DNA of 63,437 nucleotides, counting the filler, from Octopus bimaculoides (lineage: Eukaryota): NCBI RefSeq assembly GCF_001194135.2. It is 5 parts of 5 records of this genome, joined end to end, with 100 filler letters (N's around TTAATTAATTAA, not from the genome) between each part and the next. Parts side by side here need not be neighbours in the genome. Positions count along the whole stretch, not along the records: positions 49,004 to 63,437 come from NC_069006.1; 4 more parts are not named here. One strand, given 5' to 3'. Below are positions 50,046-63,237 of the stretch, in pieces; the stretch's first letter is position 1, and every line of letters begins with the position of its first letter. The notes beneath the pieces are model-generated. The model made no database searches, was not told where the DNA came from, and worked only from the letters and a program-made list of their open reading frames with translations. Made by a program: the position numbers and the translations under genes.

Positions 50046-50848
50046 AGGCTGAAATATATACATTACTTACTATTGAAAACGATCTTGGTATCAGCATTTT
50101 GTACGCTTTCGCTAACGGTTTTAGAAGCCCAATAGAATATCAAGGATACGCGGGAGGGAGAGAGATGGAGACAGACAGACAGACAAATAGACAGACTAAG
50201 AAAAAGAGAGAGCATTGCTAGTTTTTGTCTTTATCGACCCCGTAAGCATGAAATAGAAAAGTAACCGTAGTATTATTTGAACACAGTGTGCAGAAGACGG
50301 ACCAATCACCACAAAGAATCGTAGCTAACATTGGTCGGTCGAATAATTCTGTTAACATGACTTTGGTACGGGTCTATGTGCGTGTTTGTGCGTTCACACA
50401 CATAGATGTATAGGTACGTTTACACACACGCATACTCGTATACATACACATGCATTCACATGCACAATATATAAATACATACACACACACACACACACAC
50501 ACAAACTCGCACAACCACACACCTATACACACATATCTTATTTGTGTCCATACGTGTCCCTATATAGGTGTGCATGTGTGTGTGTACGTATGCGTGTCTG
50601 TATGAGCGTATTTGACTGCTTACTAAGACAGCTACGTTACTACCCCTACGTAAGTACATACATATGCACACACACACACACACACACACACATGTCTAAA
50701 CATACGCTCACATCCACGATTGATATTAAATCGCACAAGTGTTAACAGCCGACAACTAATTGACGCCAATGTTATCAGTTATCAGATGATCTCGATCTTA
50801 TCAGTTTGGGTATTGGGTTCACATCGCAGAGGAGTATCAGTTTCGATC

Positions 50849-50899
50849 CTAGCTGACGGTTGCAAAGTTCGGTACATAGTGACATTTCAGAAAACGGAC
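50849..50899 (-). CDS. Candidate terminal exon (phase 0 VRFLKCHYVPNFATVS*; phase 1 alternative runs to 50775)
   Basis: Strong gttattttcctag acceptor; phase compatible with upstream candidates. Confidence 0.2.
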   Translation of the reverse strand, partial: VRFLKCHYVPNFATVS

Positions 50900-51275
50900 C
50901 TAGGAAAATAACGTCTACACAATAATCTGATAAACAGTCATCTTTCTTAATCCCCTTGTCTGTCTGCCGCTCTTCTCTCTCCTTCTCTCTCCGCAGATAC
51001 ACATACACACACACCACATACATATGTGTGAGTCTATATATATATATATATATATATAGAGATGTGCACATAAGCCGAGACGCACATGTATATACACACA
51101 TGTACGTATGTACATATGTATGTATGTATTACGCATATGACTTTTAAATTTATGACCTATAAACATAACTGTGTGTGTATATATGTGTGTAACACAGACA
51201 TATTTGCATGTATGAGCATATATTTGTCAGCATGCATCTATAATAATATGCAAATACGTTTATATGGATACATAT

Positions 51276-51341
<66 letters not shown>

Positions 51342-51762
51342 GCATAAATATATTAATACGCGCACGTATATATATTTATGTGCGTGTGTATATAGACATG
51401 AATACATGCATGGAAATATACACAGATAAGAAAGAGAAAGCCATATATATTTACTCTTTTACAAACATATTTAATATTTATGGTATCTTACAGTTGAAAC
51501 AAATTAATATCCCTCTTATAACGAGAGGACCACCCGTAATATGCATTTGGGAAAATCTATAGCTCTGTCATGTACGACACACGAAATATTACGGTGAATT
51601 ATGTCTATAATACAAGAAATTTTATATATACACTAAATTGTCAGATACACAACTATATGTATGTATATACGAATGTTTTTATTCATAACTGCATACATAG
51701 GTATATATATATGTGTGTGTGTGTGTGTGTATTTTACATATATGCATACGTATACTCCTGAA

Positions 51763-51808
<46 letters not shown>

Positions 51809-52119
51809 NNNNNNNNNNNNNNNNNNNNNNNNNNNNNNNNNNNNNNNNNNNNNNNNNNNNNNNNNNNNNNNNNNNNNNNNNNNNNNNNNNNNNNNNNNNN
51901 NNNNNNNNNNNNNNNNNNNNNNNNNNNNNNNNNNNNNNNNNNNNNNNNNNNNNNNNNNNNNNNNNNNNNNNNNNNNNNNNNNNNNNNNNNNNNNNNNNNN
52001 NNNNNNNNNNNNNNNNNNNNNNNNNNNNNNNNNNNNNNNNNNNNNNNNNNNNNNNNNNNNNNNNNNNNNNNNNNNNNNNNNNNNNNNNNNNNNNNNNNNN
52101 NNGGGGGGGGGGGCGAAAA

Positions 52120-52390
52120 CACCCCATTCTGAGAGTTACCTCTGCCTGAACGAAATGCATTCCTCTTGGCCAATCATAATTTGCACCGTCTGCTTCTGTT
52201 GAGCTAAGACTCAGGTTGATACTGCAACTTCCAGTTAATTCTGTTTGGCGTTCCCTCTTCTTTCACTCGCCATATATAGCTGGCTAATGTAATATTGCAC
52301 TTCTCGTAGATTCTGAAAGAGGACTTGTGGTTATTTAACCTGGCCTTGAAGGAGCTCTCCGTTGCTCTAAAATGTTTCTATGTGCGTGAA
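52120..52390 (-). mobile_element. Penelope-like GIY-YIG endonuclease relic
   Basis: ATESSFKARLNNHKSSF....ITLASYIWRVKE....INWK....RCKL*LAKR. Confidence 0.7.
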
Positions 52391-53291
52391 TCATTTCGTT
52401 GTTGCTGTTATTATTGTTGGGCATTACCTCTACTTCATAGGCTGTGGCCTCAGATTTGTGTCTTCCATCTAGTGAGCACTCACGAATAATCTTACATGAG
52501 CACCCTGCCTCTGTGTGGAGAGATTATTCAATGGACATAACTTAAGCGTCTCTTTCAGCTGTGCTCTTGGTGTAAAAAAAGATATTCGTGAACGCTCTCC
52601 CAATCAGCTGCTTATCAAAAAAGCCGTTATTTTGACAGCGAATCAAAACCAGCAAGTCTGCTAATTTTGTGTCTAAATTTTAAGATTCCGTCCCTGTTTC
52701 ATAGCAACTAAAGTCACGACACCTTGCTAAGATTCCATCTATTATAATCGATGCCTGGAAAATATTGATAAATATGTGACCATGGCTTACATATCTATCA
52801 ATATGAAGTGAAGCCTTTACCAAAACCAGAAACTGAATCAGGTTATCATCAGTAGAGAGGCGAGGTGGCAAAATCGTTAGCACGCCGGGAAAATTATTAT
52901 TATTATTATTATTATGTTTAGCTTTTACTTTGTATTTGTACAAGTTGAATCCAGAGACTAAGTTCAAGTTGGTGTTATGACTAGGTGCCATATATTTGGT
53001 TTTGTACGAAGTATTGTTCTAGAGAACGTCTGTCAAAACATAAATTATAATTCATTATTATTATTATTATTATTATTTATTCGTTTTGTTCATCATGTAC
53101 AATTATGTGTCTATTCATCATTATTTTATATATTTTATTCAATTTTAGAAAAAACTGAAGCATGTTTGCGACAATTCTGGAGCATATTGAATTTATTTTC
53201 TACGTGATCTTTGGTCCACACTGTATCCATACATAAACCCACATATATATACAAAGCTTTGAAACGACCTTGACTCAAACGAAAGACATAC

Positions 53292-53320
53292 CTTGTTTTG
53301 GTTAGAGACAGGCATGAATT
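53292..53320 (-). CDS. Candidate 29-nt exon (E)FMPVSNQNK, phase 1 to 0
   Basis: gttttcttcgcag acceptor and AAG|gtatgt donor, both near consensus. Confidence 0.3.
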
Positions 53321-53539
53321 CTGCGAAGAAAACATACCGACAGAGAAAAATACCAAATAATTCTTGGAGAGGGGGTACAGCATCATAATGATTATGCTTC
53401 GGATAATTACAACGTCCAGAGCAATAAATATCCGAAGATATTCTTAAAATTTCAAGGATGAAAGGTTGCATGAAGAATGTCGAAGTGAATAAGGCCATTT
53501 TCTTTACAGTCTCGGAAAAGAAATACATACATACATACA

Positions 53540-53950
53540 CTACTTGTTTTAGTCATTTAATTGCGGCCATGCTAGAGCACCGCCTTTCTTTAGTCGATCA
53601 AATCGACCCCTGGACTTATTCTTTGTAAACCTAGTACATATTCTATCGGTTTCTTTGGCCGATCCGCTAAAATACGGGGACAAAAACACACTAGCGTCGG
53701 TTGTCAAGCGATGGCAGGGGAAGAAACACAAATAAATAATTATANNNNNNNNNNTATATACATATATATATTTACACACACACGCACACGACGTGCTTCT
53801 AGTTTCCGTCTACCAAAAACTCTCACAAGGCTTTGGTCGGCCCGAGGTTATAGTAGAAAACACTTGGCCAAGGTGCCATGCAGTGGGACTGAACCCGGAA
53901 TAAAGTGGTTAAAAAGCAAGCTTCTTACCACACAACCAAGCCTGCACCTA
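53540..53950 (-). mobile_element. SINE family 1 full length with a gap in its internal microsatellite
   Basis: Reverse complement of the family consensus. Confidence 0.88.
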
Positions 53951-53955
53951 TAAAC

Positions 53956-53986
<31 letters not shown>

Positions 53987-54273
53987 CACACATGCATAAA
54001 AACACGTTCGTATTTCTGCATACATACACTCAAATCAATACACGCATGCACACATACGCATAAACACACTTGTACATACATACATATTTCTAGTTACAAA
54101 CTCGCAATGCAGGGTGCAAAACACCCCAAACCTAACCCCTTCAACTGAAGCCTTGTCGAATGTTTAACTGATCTCATGCTTCGCAGCCGTGATAAGCCGC
54201 ACACTGACATATTGCAGCCTGGATCAGGCGCTAGTAAGTCTATCGGAACTCAAATCTACGTCGAAAATATTAC

Positions 54274-54410
54274 CAATTTTTACAGCTTGGTAGACTAAGC
54301 AATTACAATTAAGTGCCGTGCTCAAAGCCACCATTACATCGGCCATAACACTGATATCATCTATCGGAACACCATTAGCGAATATGAAGTTTTTTGGATC
54401 TAATCCATTT
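54274..54410 (-). CDS. Candidate 137-nt exon (NGLDPKNFIFANGVPIDDISVMADVMVALSTALNCNCLVYQAVKI), phase 2 to 1
   Basis: cttatgttgtgtgtag acceptor, TTG|gtaata donor, protein-like composition in unique sequence between microsatellites. Confidence 0.4.
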
Positions 54411-54736
54411 CTACACACAACATAAGGTCTATATATGTGTGTTTCTCTTTGAACACACACACACACATTAATATGGGCACAGTTTGTGTGTGATTTCGTG
54501 TCTGTTATACTTACATACATATCTATACACAGATACGCATACTTGTGTGCGATTTTTTACATCCATAGTATTTTTACTTTGTATGCGCATGTGCGAAATC
54601 ACAGTTTTAATTTAATGATAAAAGCAATGAAGATAAATATATAAATACATAATAAAGATAAAGAAAATGTTTTATGATTATTATTATCATCATTATCGAC
54701 ATCATCATTATCATCATCATCATTACTATTATTATT

Positions 54737-55300
54737 AAGGCAGCGAATCGGCAGAAATGTTACCATGCCGGTCAAAATTCCTGAGTTCAAATCCTGCCAA
54801 GCTCAACTTTGCCTCTGCCTTTAAGGAGGTAAGGCGACAGAATCGTTAGCACGTAGGACGAAAAGCTTCGCGATAATTCGCCCGTCGCTACGTTCTAAGT
54901 TCAAATTCCACCGAGGTCGACTTTGCCTTTCATCCTTTCGGCGTCGGTAAAATAAGTACCAGTTAAGTACTGGTGTCGATATAAACGAGTATCCCCCTCC
55001 CCCATATTTCAGGCCTTGTGCCTAAAATAGAAATGATTATTATTATCATTATTATCATTATTAAAGCAGCGAAAGGCCAAAACTGTTAGCATGCCGAACA
55101 AAATGTCAGGGTTCATATTCTGCCAAGGTCAACTTTACCTATCTTCCTTTAAGGTGGCAGGGTTGTTAGCACGCTGAGCAAAATACGTAGCGGCATTTCT
55201 TCTGTCTTTACGTTCCGAGTTCAAGTCCCTCCAACGCTAACATTGACTAACATCCTTTCGAGATTGATAAAATAAACTACTATGCATGCGTTGGGATCGA
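54737..55300 (+). mobile_element. Two tandem SINE2 dimers (short deleted head plus full copy), separated by an (ATT)n-like tail
   Basis: Heads at about 54737, 54826, 55063 and 55151. Confidence 0.7.
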
Positions 55301-55439
55301 TGTAATCTGCTAATCCTTTCCCCAATGAATTATTTCGTTTTCCGCTCATATTTGAAACACTTATTGTTATTAATTTTGCTTTTATGTATTGAGGGCCTGA
55401 TAATCTCATCAATCTCATTGTATTTAGACAGAGATGTAC

Positions 55440-56070
55440 GTGCACCTTTTACTTGTCTCACTCACTAGACTGCGGCCATGATGGGGCAGCCTTGAAGAAC
55501 TTTCAGTCGACTCTGGTACTTATATACTTTTTAAACCTGGTATTTATAACATCGAACCCTTTTGCCGAACCGCTAAGGGAGATATAAATACTCCAACGCC
55601 GGTTGTGAAGCAGTGGTTAAGAACAGACACAAGGAAACACACACAAAGATACACACATATATACACATACATGCACACTCACATAGGCAAACATACATAC
55701 ACATACATAGACAAACATACATACACACACACACACACATACATACATACATAAATATATATATATATGTGTACGATAGGTGTTTCCGTTTACCATATCC
55801 ACTCACAAGAAATTGGCTGGCCCGTGGCTATAGTAGAAGACACTTAACCGAGGTGCCATGCAGTGGGATTGAACCCAGAGCAACATCAACAAGATCAGTA
55901 TCAATAACAGCAGCAGCAACATAATCTTCAGCAATAACACTATGAGCCACAGGAACAGCAACAATAACAACATTGTTCAACACCAGATCGCCCTTTGCTG
56001 TCGGTGGGACTGAACCCAGAACCATGTGGTTGGGAAGTAAGCTTCTTATCACACAACCACGCCTGCACCT
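55440..56070 (-). mobile_element. SINE family 1 with a 124-bp insertion in its B-box region
   Basis: gtggga(t/c)tgaacccaga duplicated at 55863-55879 and 56004-56020. Confidence 0.8.
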
Positions 56071-56974
56071 ATGTGTATATGTGTGTGCTTGTTTGTGGTG
56101 TATGAGACTATCAGTGTTTCAGTCTGTATATGTTTGTAGGACTAACAGTGCGTGTGTGTGTGTGTTTGTGTGTATGAAAGAGAGAGAGAGAGATTAGTTA
56201 TTCATCGATCGTACTGAATGCAGAGCGCTAGTAAGTCACTTGCTTTATCAGTGAACAATTAAGTCTATTTTACAGCCTGAGAAGCACCTCCGTCCACCAC
56301 CAGCCAAACATCTCTTTAATAGAGTTGTGCAATATTAGATCGGAAACAACGACGGTGACGACGCTAACGACGACGATGCCATCTACGTCAGCAACAACAT
56401 CAACATAAATATCACTAACAGCCATAAATGACATCAAAAACAATAACATCAACACCCATGGCAACAACGATACGAGAAACATAAACAAGAACAGTATCGA
56501 TAACAACAGCAGCAACATCATTTTCAACAGCGATAACACTATGAGCCACGGGAACGGCAACAGCAACAATATTCAACACCAGATCGTGCTTCGCTGTCAT
56601 AGACAACAAAACAACGACGACTTTGATAATACGTTGTAATTTGAGGAAGATTTGGCTGATATTTTTAGCAGGTCAGGTGACTACGTGGAGGCTCTGTATG
56701 AAAGGGGAGTAAGATGAGGAAGAGAGGGAAGAAGGAGATTGAGAGGAAAACGCGTGGTAAAAAGAAGAGCGGCCGGAGGTGTTTTGACGAACAAGATCTT
56801 TTCACTCGAAGCAGATTTTTAGTCACATGTGCCACCACTAACATGGTGCAGTAGATGTCGCTAGTGTTCACTTTCAAATTCTCTAGCTTGATATTCTTTT
56901 CGAAGCATGGACAATGTTGCGAGTCTTGGAGAGAATTATTTGTCTATTGTTGTTGTTGTTGTTGTTCAGATTGG

Positions 56975-57330
56975 GGATGAACATCTGACTTTTTGCCAGT
57001 TAAATCAGGGTTACACCAGGCTTGCATCTTGGCTCCGACTCTGTTCAGTGCCTCCATCGATTGGACGTTTGGCTGAATGGTGGATGGATTGAGCTGTCAT
57101 GCACTCTTTGGGATTACAGATCTAGATTTTGCTGATGACACCGTTATTCTTGCTGGGTCTCCGAATGTCTTAAAGAACGCTCTCTTCCACTTGCTCTTAG
57201 AAATCCTTGGGTCAACACAAAGACCCAGTCCTTCATTGGCTTTTTGGATAACTTCTCACCTGTCTCTGTTGCAGGTCAAAATGTTGACGTTGTTGACTGC
57301 TTCGTTTATCAAGGTGATGAGAACTTTCTG
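56975..57330 (+). mobile_element. RTE LINE RT fragment
   Basis: PVKSGLHQACILAPTLF, ITDLDFADDTVILA, NVDVVDCFVYQG. Confidence 0.8.
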
Positions 57331-58189
57331 GATACTGGCGGCCCGGAATTCCGTATAATCCGCCCAAGTTTACAAGCAGCAACTGCAAATTTTCGCAGCT
57401 GCCAGACTAGTCTTCGGAGCGGCTTGGAATTCACAGAATCTTGCACAGAATAGTATTGGTAAACTTTCATCATTTATACTACCGCACAGGTACCTGTATT
57501 TCATTTAATTATCTAAAGAATATTTAATATGTATTTAATATAGAACTGATCACTCCTGGTCCGGAAAAATCAGTAATCCGGAAAAGCTTTCAAATCAAAG
57601 GTTCCGGAAAATCGATGTTATACTCATGTATATAAAGTGGTGATGGTGCTGCTGGTAAAATTGCTGTCTGCTATCTTATATTTGCTATCAACATATCTTA
57701 AACGTAAGCAACTGGAGAAAAAGGGACGCAACTGGTTTTTTTAGTTTGCATTTTATAAGTTTCATTTTTATCTTTAACTTTTATTTCATTCATTGAAGTT
57801 TTCTGTGCATGTGAATGTACGTGTAAATATATGCCTCTCTCTTCCTCCTCCCCTTCTTACTATATCTCTCTTTGTCTGTCTCTGTACATGTGTTTGTGTG
57901 TATGTGTGTATGTGTGCAGAGAGAGTGAGAGGAAGTGAGAAGTATGTGTTTTTTTTTTGCGCATTGTATACATACACAAACCTACATATAATTTTACATG
58001 GATACACACGCATATATATATAAAAACTGTGCCTCAGCATGGCCACAGTCTAATGACTGAAACAAGTGAAAAATAAAAAGTGAAAAATATATGCATGCGT
58101 TCAAATATATATATTCGTATATATGCATTATGTGTGTGTACATAACGTATGCATGCATGCGTCATAAGTATATGCATTAGATAGATAGA

Positions 58190-58252
58190 GAGGGAGATGG
58201 ATAGATAGATAGATTGATTAATTGATAGATAGATAGATTGATTAATTGATAG

Positions 58253-58289
<37 letters not shown>

Positions 58290-58377
58290 AAAAGAGAGAG
58301 AGATGGATAGCTGGATAGAGAGAGAGAGAGATGGATAGCTGGATAGAGAGAGAGAGAGAGAGAGGGATAGAGAGAGG

Positions 58378-58413
<36 letters not shown>

Positions 58414-58422
58414 TGGATAACT

Positions 58423-58463
<41 letters not shown>

Positions 58464-58488
58464 TGGATAGCTGGATAGAGAGAGAGAG

Positions 58489-58521
<33 letters not shown>

Positions 58522-58578
58522 TATAGATGGATGGATGGATGGATGGATGGATAGATAGAGAGAGAGATGGATAGATGG

Positions 58579-58625
<47 letters not shown>

Positions 58626-58640
58626 TAAATAGACAGACAG
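58190..58640. repeat. ~450-bp purine-rich compound microsatellite (GA/GATA/GGAT) with a higher-order GAGATGGATAGCTGGATA unit
   Basis: Direct inspection. Confidence 0.9.
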
Positions 58641-59135
58641 AGATGCATTGATACATACCCACATACATGTACACACACGCTTGCACGTACACAAACATAC
58701 ACACCATTTACCTTCAAATACATTTTAACCCAAATTACTTGTAGTTTGGATTAAAAATCGTTAAAACCTTTAACACAAAATCTACTGCAAGATTTTAATA
58801 TTACTTCAAGACTTAGTTCTACCACTTCAATTTCAAATTGAATTGATAAACAAGAAGGATGGGGAGGACGTTGATTTTTCAATGTTTCTTAAAAGCAAAC
58901 TGTCTTCTCGTCGAAAACTCACATTCGTTTATTTATTGCTTGTTTGTTTTGTTTAGCTCTATTATACATTTACTTATCCTGAAATGTATTTGTGTGCTTC
59001 TTCATTTTAAACCTAGATTTTTTCTTATAATTGTTTATTTAACATAAAAACACCTTTACAAACAGTTATACTTACCAAATCACCTAAACCCAATCTCATC
59101 AATCTCAACCATGCAAGCGTTAACGAGTCTTGTAA

Positions 59136-59193
<58 letters not shown>

Positions 59194-59468
59194 NNNNNNN
59201 NNNNNNNNNNNNNNNNNNNNNNNNNNNNNNNNNNNNNNNNNNNNNNNNNNNNNNNNNNNNNNNNNNNNNNNNNNNNNNNNNNNNNNNNNNNNNNNNNNNN
59301 NNNNNNNNNNNNNNNNNNNNNNNNNNNNNNNNNNNNNNNNNNNNNNNNNNNNNNNNNNNNNNNNNNNNNNNNNNNNNNNNNNNNNNNNNNNNNNNNNNNN
59401 NNNNNNNNNNNNNNNNNNNNNNNNNNNNNNNNNNNNNNNNNNNNNNNNNNNNNNNNNNNNNNNNNNNN

Positions 59469-59518
<50 letters not shown>

Positions 59519-60099
59519 GGATGGGTGGATATCTGCTTATTGATAGACATATGGAGGAGTGGATATATACATGTGTGTGTGTGTGTGTATGTATGTATGT
59601 CTGTGTACATATATGGATTTGTGTGTATATGTGTATATGTTTTATATATTTATACACATATGAATGGATGTGTATATAAAGATGGATGGATGTTTTCACA
59701 TATTGATGGATGTGTGTGTATTAATGTGCGAACCTAATGGTTCTGGTGTTGCACTTTCGATCGTACATTTACAGTTTCGATTCTGGAACTGGGCGGTGCG
59801 TTTTGTTATTGAAACCAACAGTTTCATTTCACGTTTTTCTAGTCCGTTCAGCTGTAAATAAGCTCGGTAAAATAGTTATACTGAAGACAGAAAACACACA
59901 GAAAGGTATCTCTGCCTCAAGAGCGTGTGTCATAACTACGAGATGACCATTAAGTCTAGCTCCATTTGAAAAGGGAAGATAATCTTAAGAAGCAAGAATT
60001 CTCCAAAGCTGAAATACTATTGAAGGATGTCCGGCTTGTTGCCCAGAGATAAAAGTACAATCATGAACATGTGGTTCTTCATCAACAGCAGACATCAGT

Positions 60100-60260
60100 A
60101 CAAAATCATTTTTAAACTCTTCAGGATTAATACACTCTTTTCCTTCTAAATAATGTTGATTGATCAGAAAAGATGATAGTCACGTGGAACAACGCGAGGA
60201 GAGTAAAGAGAATGAGCAAAATCTCCATGGCCTTGGTAATTTGCGTAATTTTAACAAGTT
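60100..60260 (-). mobile_element. Mariner C-terminal fragment
   Basis: Paralogous to 60940-61040 (cacgtggaacaacgcgaggagagtaaagag, a degenerate YSPDLAP-D-HLF). Confidence 0.6.
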
Positions 60261-60489
60261 TGGGCAATTGTGTGGTGTAGATGATGCCAAGTGAGGCTAC
60301 TACTAGAGACCACAACACGAAAACAAAGACAGAAATAAGATCTCTATTGAACGAAGAAAAGAAAAATGAACATAAGTAGCTCCAGAACTCTTACAGCGAA
60401 GGTTCAGAGGTGCTTAAATTCAATAATGCTTAAAATATCTATATGACACGAATCCATTCATGGCTAAATTTCAAACGATATATTGACGA

Positions 60490-60690
60490 CCGATGATTGT
60501 TCAAACTCACACACGGAAAAAATATGAATTCTGTAGACAAGGTCAGAGAAGTACTGGAGGAGTATTTTTCATCACGCACCAGTGAATTTTGCAAGAGGGG
60601 CGTTGCAAGTCTACCAGGTAGATGGAAGAGCATTGTAGAAAATAAAGGAGAGTATATTTTGGATTAAAAAAGAACTTTGCTCATCTTAAT
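60490..60690 (+). mobile_element. Mariner transposase C-terminus fragment
   Basis: LTHGKNMNSVDKVREVLEEYFSSRTSEFCKRGVASLPGRWKSIVENKGEYILD*. Confidence 0.75.
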
Positions 60691-60859
60691 TTCCAGAAAG
60701 GATGAAAGGCAAAGCCGACCTCAGCGGAATTTAAACTTAGAACGTTAAATTCGGACAAAATGCTGTTAATCATTTGCTCGGCGTGCTAACGATTTTGTCG
60801 GCTGGCAGCCATATTTAGTGAAGATAATATGGTTTATAACATAATCCAGTCTTTCTGCC

Positions 60860-61800
60860 AATTTGTTGATAATTTGAGCGTAAAATCTCCAGAATACGAA
60901 GCAAAGCAACGCTAAAAATCGTTTTCAAACTCTTCACAATTAATAAACTGTTTTCCCTCTAAATAATGTTGAACGATCAGAAAAGATGATAGTCAGGTGG
61001 CATAAAATCAGGAGAGTAAAGAGGATGAGGCAAAACTTCCATGTTTTGTGCTATAATCTTTTCTTGAGCGATTAGGAAATACGTAGTCATGTATTATCGT
61101 GTAAAGACAAAACCCTGGGCGCTTTTTCAGCAAACTTTAGTATAATGCTTCTAAATTAATGAGAGAATTCTATAATTCCCTGATTAAATAATTAGAGAAT
61201 TATTTAATTCTCTAATAATACGGAGATGTTAATACTTCTCAGCATTAAATGATTCGGTTTGGTTTAACACTTCCTGGTAGACAACACGCTTCATATCCCA
61301 CCAAACACTGATCATTTTTCTTTCTTTTTTACAGATGTATTCATGGTTTGGGAATGGATTCTCACTTTCTATTGTTTTCCTAGGTTATGCTTATGGAGAC
61401 TCAACATATCATCACTTGTGGCAGTTCCACACCGGCAGCAAGTTTACTCTTCAATGATGAAGAGAGGAAAGCTCTTTGATGAAACTGAGGAGCAGTCGAA
61501 TGACAAGGGACACACTGATCAAGTTAAAACACATTTGCTAGTATTTTATTAGCGAAGTTTAATTGAACAAATTTGCTAATTCTTGTGCAGTTTGCTTTGG
61601 ATTTTCCAAACAACGGTTTTCGCCATCTTGATATTGACGGAAATTGGTCAACCAGGTCGACGGAAATCCACGACGGAAACATCTTCAGAACATCGACATA
61701 TGCATGCACACACGCTCCTCTATTCTTTTATACGTTTCAGCGCAAAGGTGGTGGCCAATGTGGAGCATCGCCAGCATAATAACCTTTTCAATGGCTGGTC
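60860..61800 (-). mobile_element. Highly degenerate mariner transposase relic
   Basis: ENPKQTAQELAN, LHDNT and WEVLPHPLYSPDFMPPDYHLFRS across frames. Confidence 0.65.
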
Positions 61801-62543
61801 TTATGCGATTGGCCTTTGGTGAAGGGTAGACGTTCGTCACTGTTGGGCTTTTGGGGGTTTCTTGTCGTGATATGATTTTATGCGGAACCTTGGACAGTAG
61901 GATGTCAAGTTGTTTCTTGATAATATCTACCCACGAGATAGCTGGTAGTTTTGGAACAGTGTAGTTATGTTCAGTACGGGGACTGGTGTATATATATATA
62001 NNNNNNNNNNNNNNNNNNNNNNNNNNNNNNNNNNNNNNNNNNNNNNNNNNNNNNNNNNNNNNNNNNNNNNNNNNNNNNNNNNNNNNNNNNNNNNNNNNNN
62101 NNNNNNNNNNNNNNNNNNNNNNNNNNNNNNNNNNNNNNNNNNNNNNNNNNNNNNNNNNNNNNNNNNNNNNNNNNNNNNNNNNNNNNNNNNNNNNNNNNNN
62201 NNNNNNNNNNNNNNNNNNNNNNNNNNNNNNNNNNNNNNNNNNNNNNNNNNNNNNNNNNNNNNNNNNNNNNNNNNNNNNNNNNNNNNNNNNNNNNNNNNNN
62301 NNNNNNNNNNNNNNNNNNNNNNNNNNNNNNNNNNNNNNNNNNNNNNNNNNNNNNNNNNNNNNNNNNNNNNNNNNNNNNNNNNNNNNNNNNNNNNNNNNNN
62401 NNNNNNNNNNNNNNNNNNNNNNNNNNNNNNCCTTTCGAGGTCGATAAATTAAGTTCCAGTTACGCACTGGGGTTGATGTAATCGACTTAATCCCTTGTTT
62501 GTCCCTTCTATGTTTAGCCCCTTGTGGGCAGTAAAGAAATAAC

Positions 62544-62609
<66 letters not shown>

Positions 62610-63198
62610 TCGGTAACTTATTACTTCAGAGCGGTACCTCAGTATGGCCACTGTCCAATGACTGAAACAAGACTAAAGAAATTATATATATGTATGTATG
62701 GTCAATGCATCTTTATTTCCATATTTATACATGCAGTTATTTCACAGGTCACGCGTAAATTTCTGTTATCACGTGACCTTTTTAAAGGATTTCTCGAAAG
62801 GAACTTCTCCTCCATAAATTTTAAACAATTTTCAAATTTTCTCCCGTTAGATAAGTCATTTGCCGCGATACTCTATGTTCTTGAGTAACCGATAAGAACT
62901 TCACGAATATAAATAAATTACATATACTCTACATTATGTATTGAGTTATATTCCTCTTGTTCGTAGGAACAATCAGAGTCGCACACACAGACACATATGT
63001 ATGTATGTATGTATGCATGCATGTATAATCGCTTGTTTCGTAAGTTTTGTTTGTTCAATTTTCTAATTAATTTTCTCGACGAAAGAAAAGAAATAAAGAA
63101 GAGGGAGGTTTAAAGTAAATAAACAGAAGAGGAACTATGGAGAGGGAATAATCAATATATTAGGTACACAGAAATACGTACACACACGCGTATATTAA

Positions 63199-63237
<39 letters not shown>

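Noticed and set aside
53193-53540. 115-aa minus-strand ORF
   Set aside because: Starts in a TATG tract; only the internal 29-nt splice-flanked piece has independent support
56270-56640. Asn/Gln-rich or Leu/Val-rich ORFs
   Set aside because: Degenerate (AAC)n microsatellite with a frameshift and no splice support
59700-60090. Unique-looking segment with minus-strand acceptors (ttttctgtcttcag)
   Set aside because: All frames either stop quickly or rely on weak donors; no product recognised
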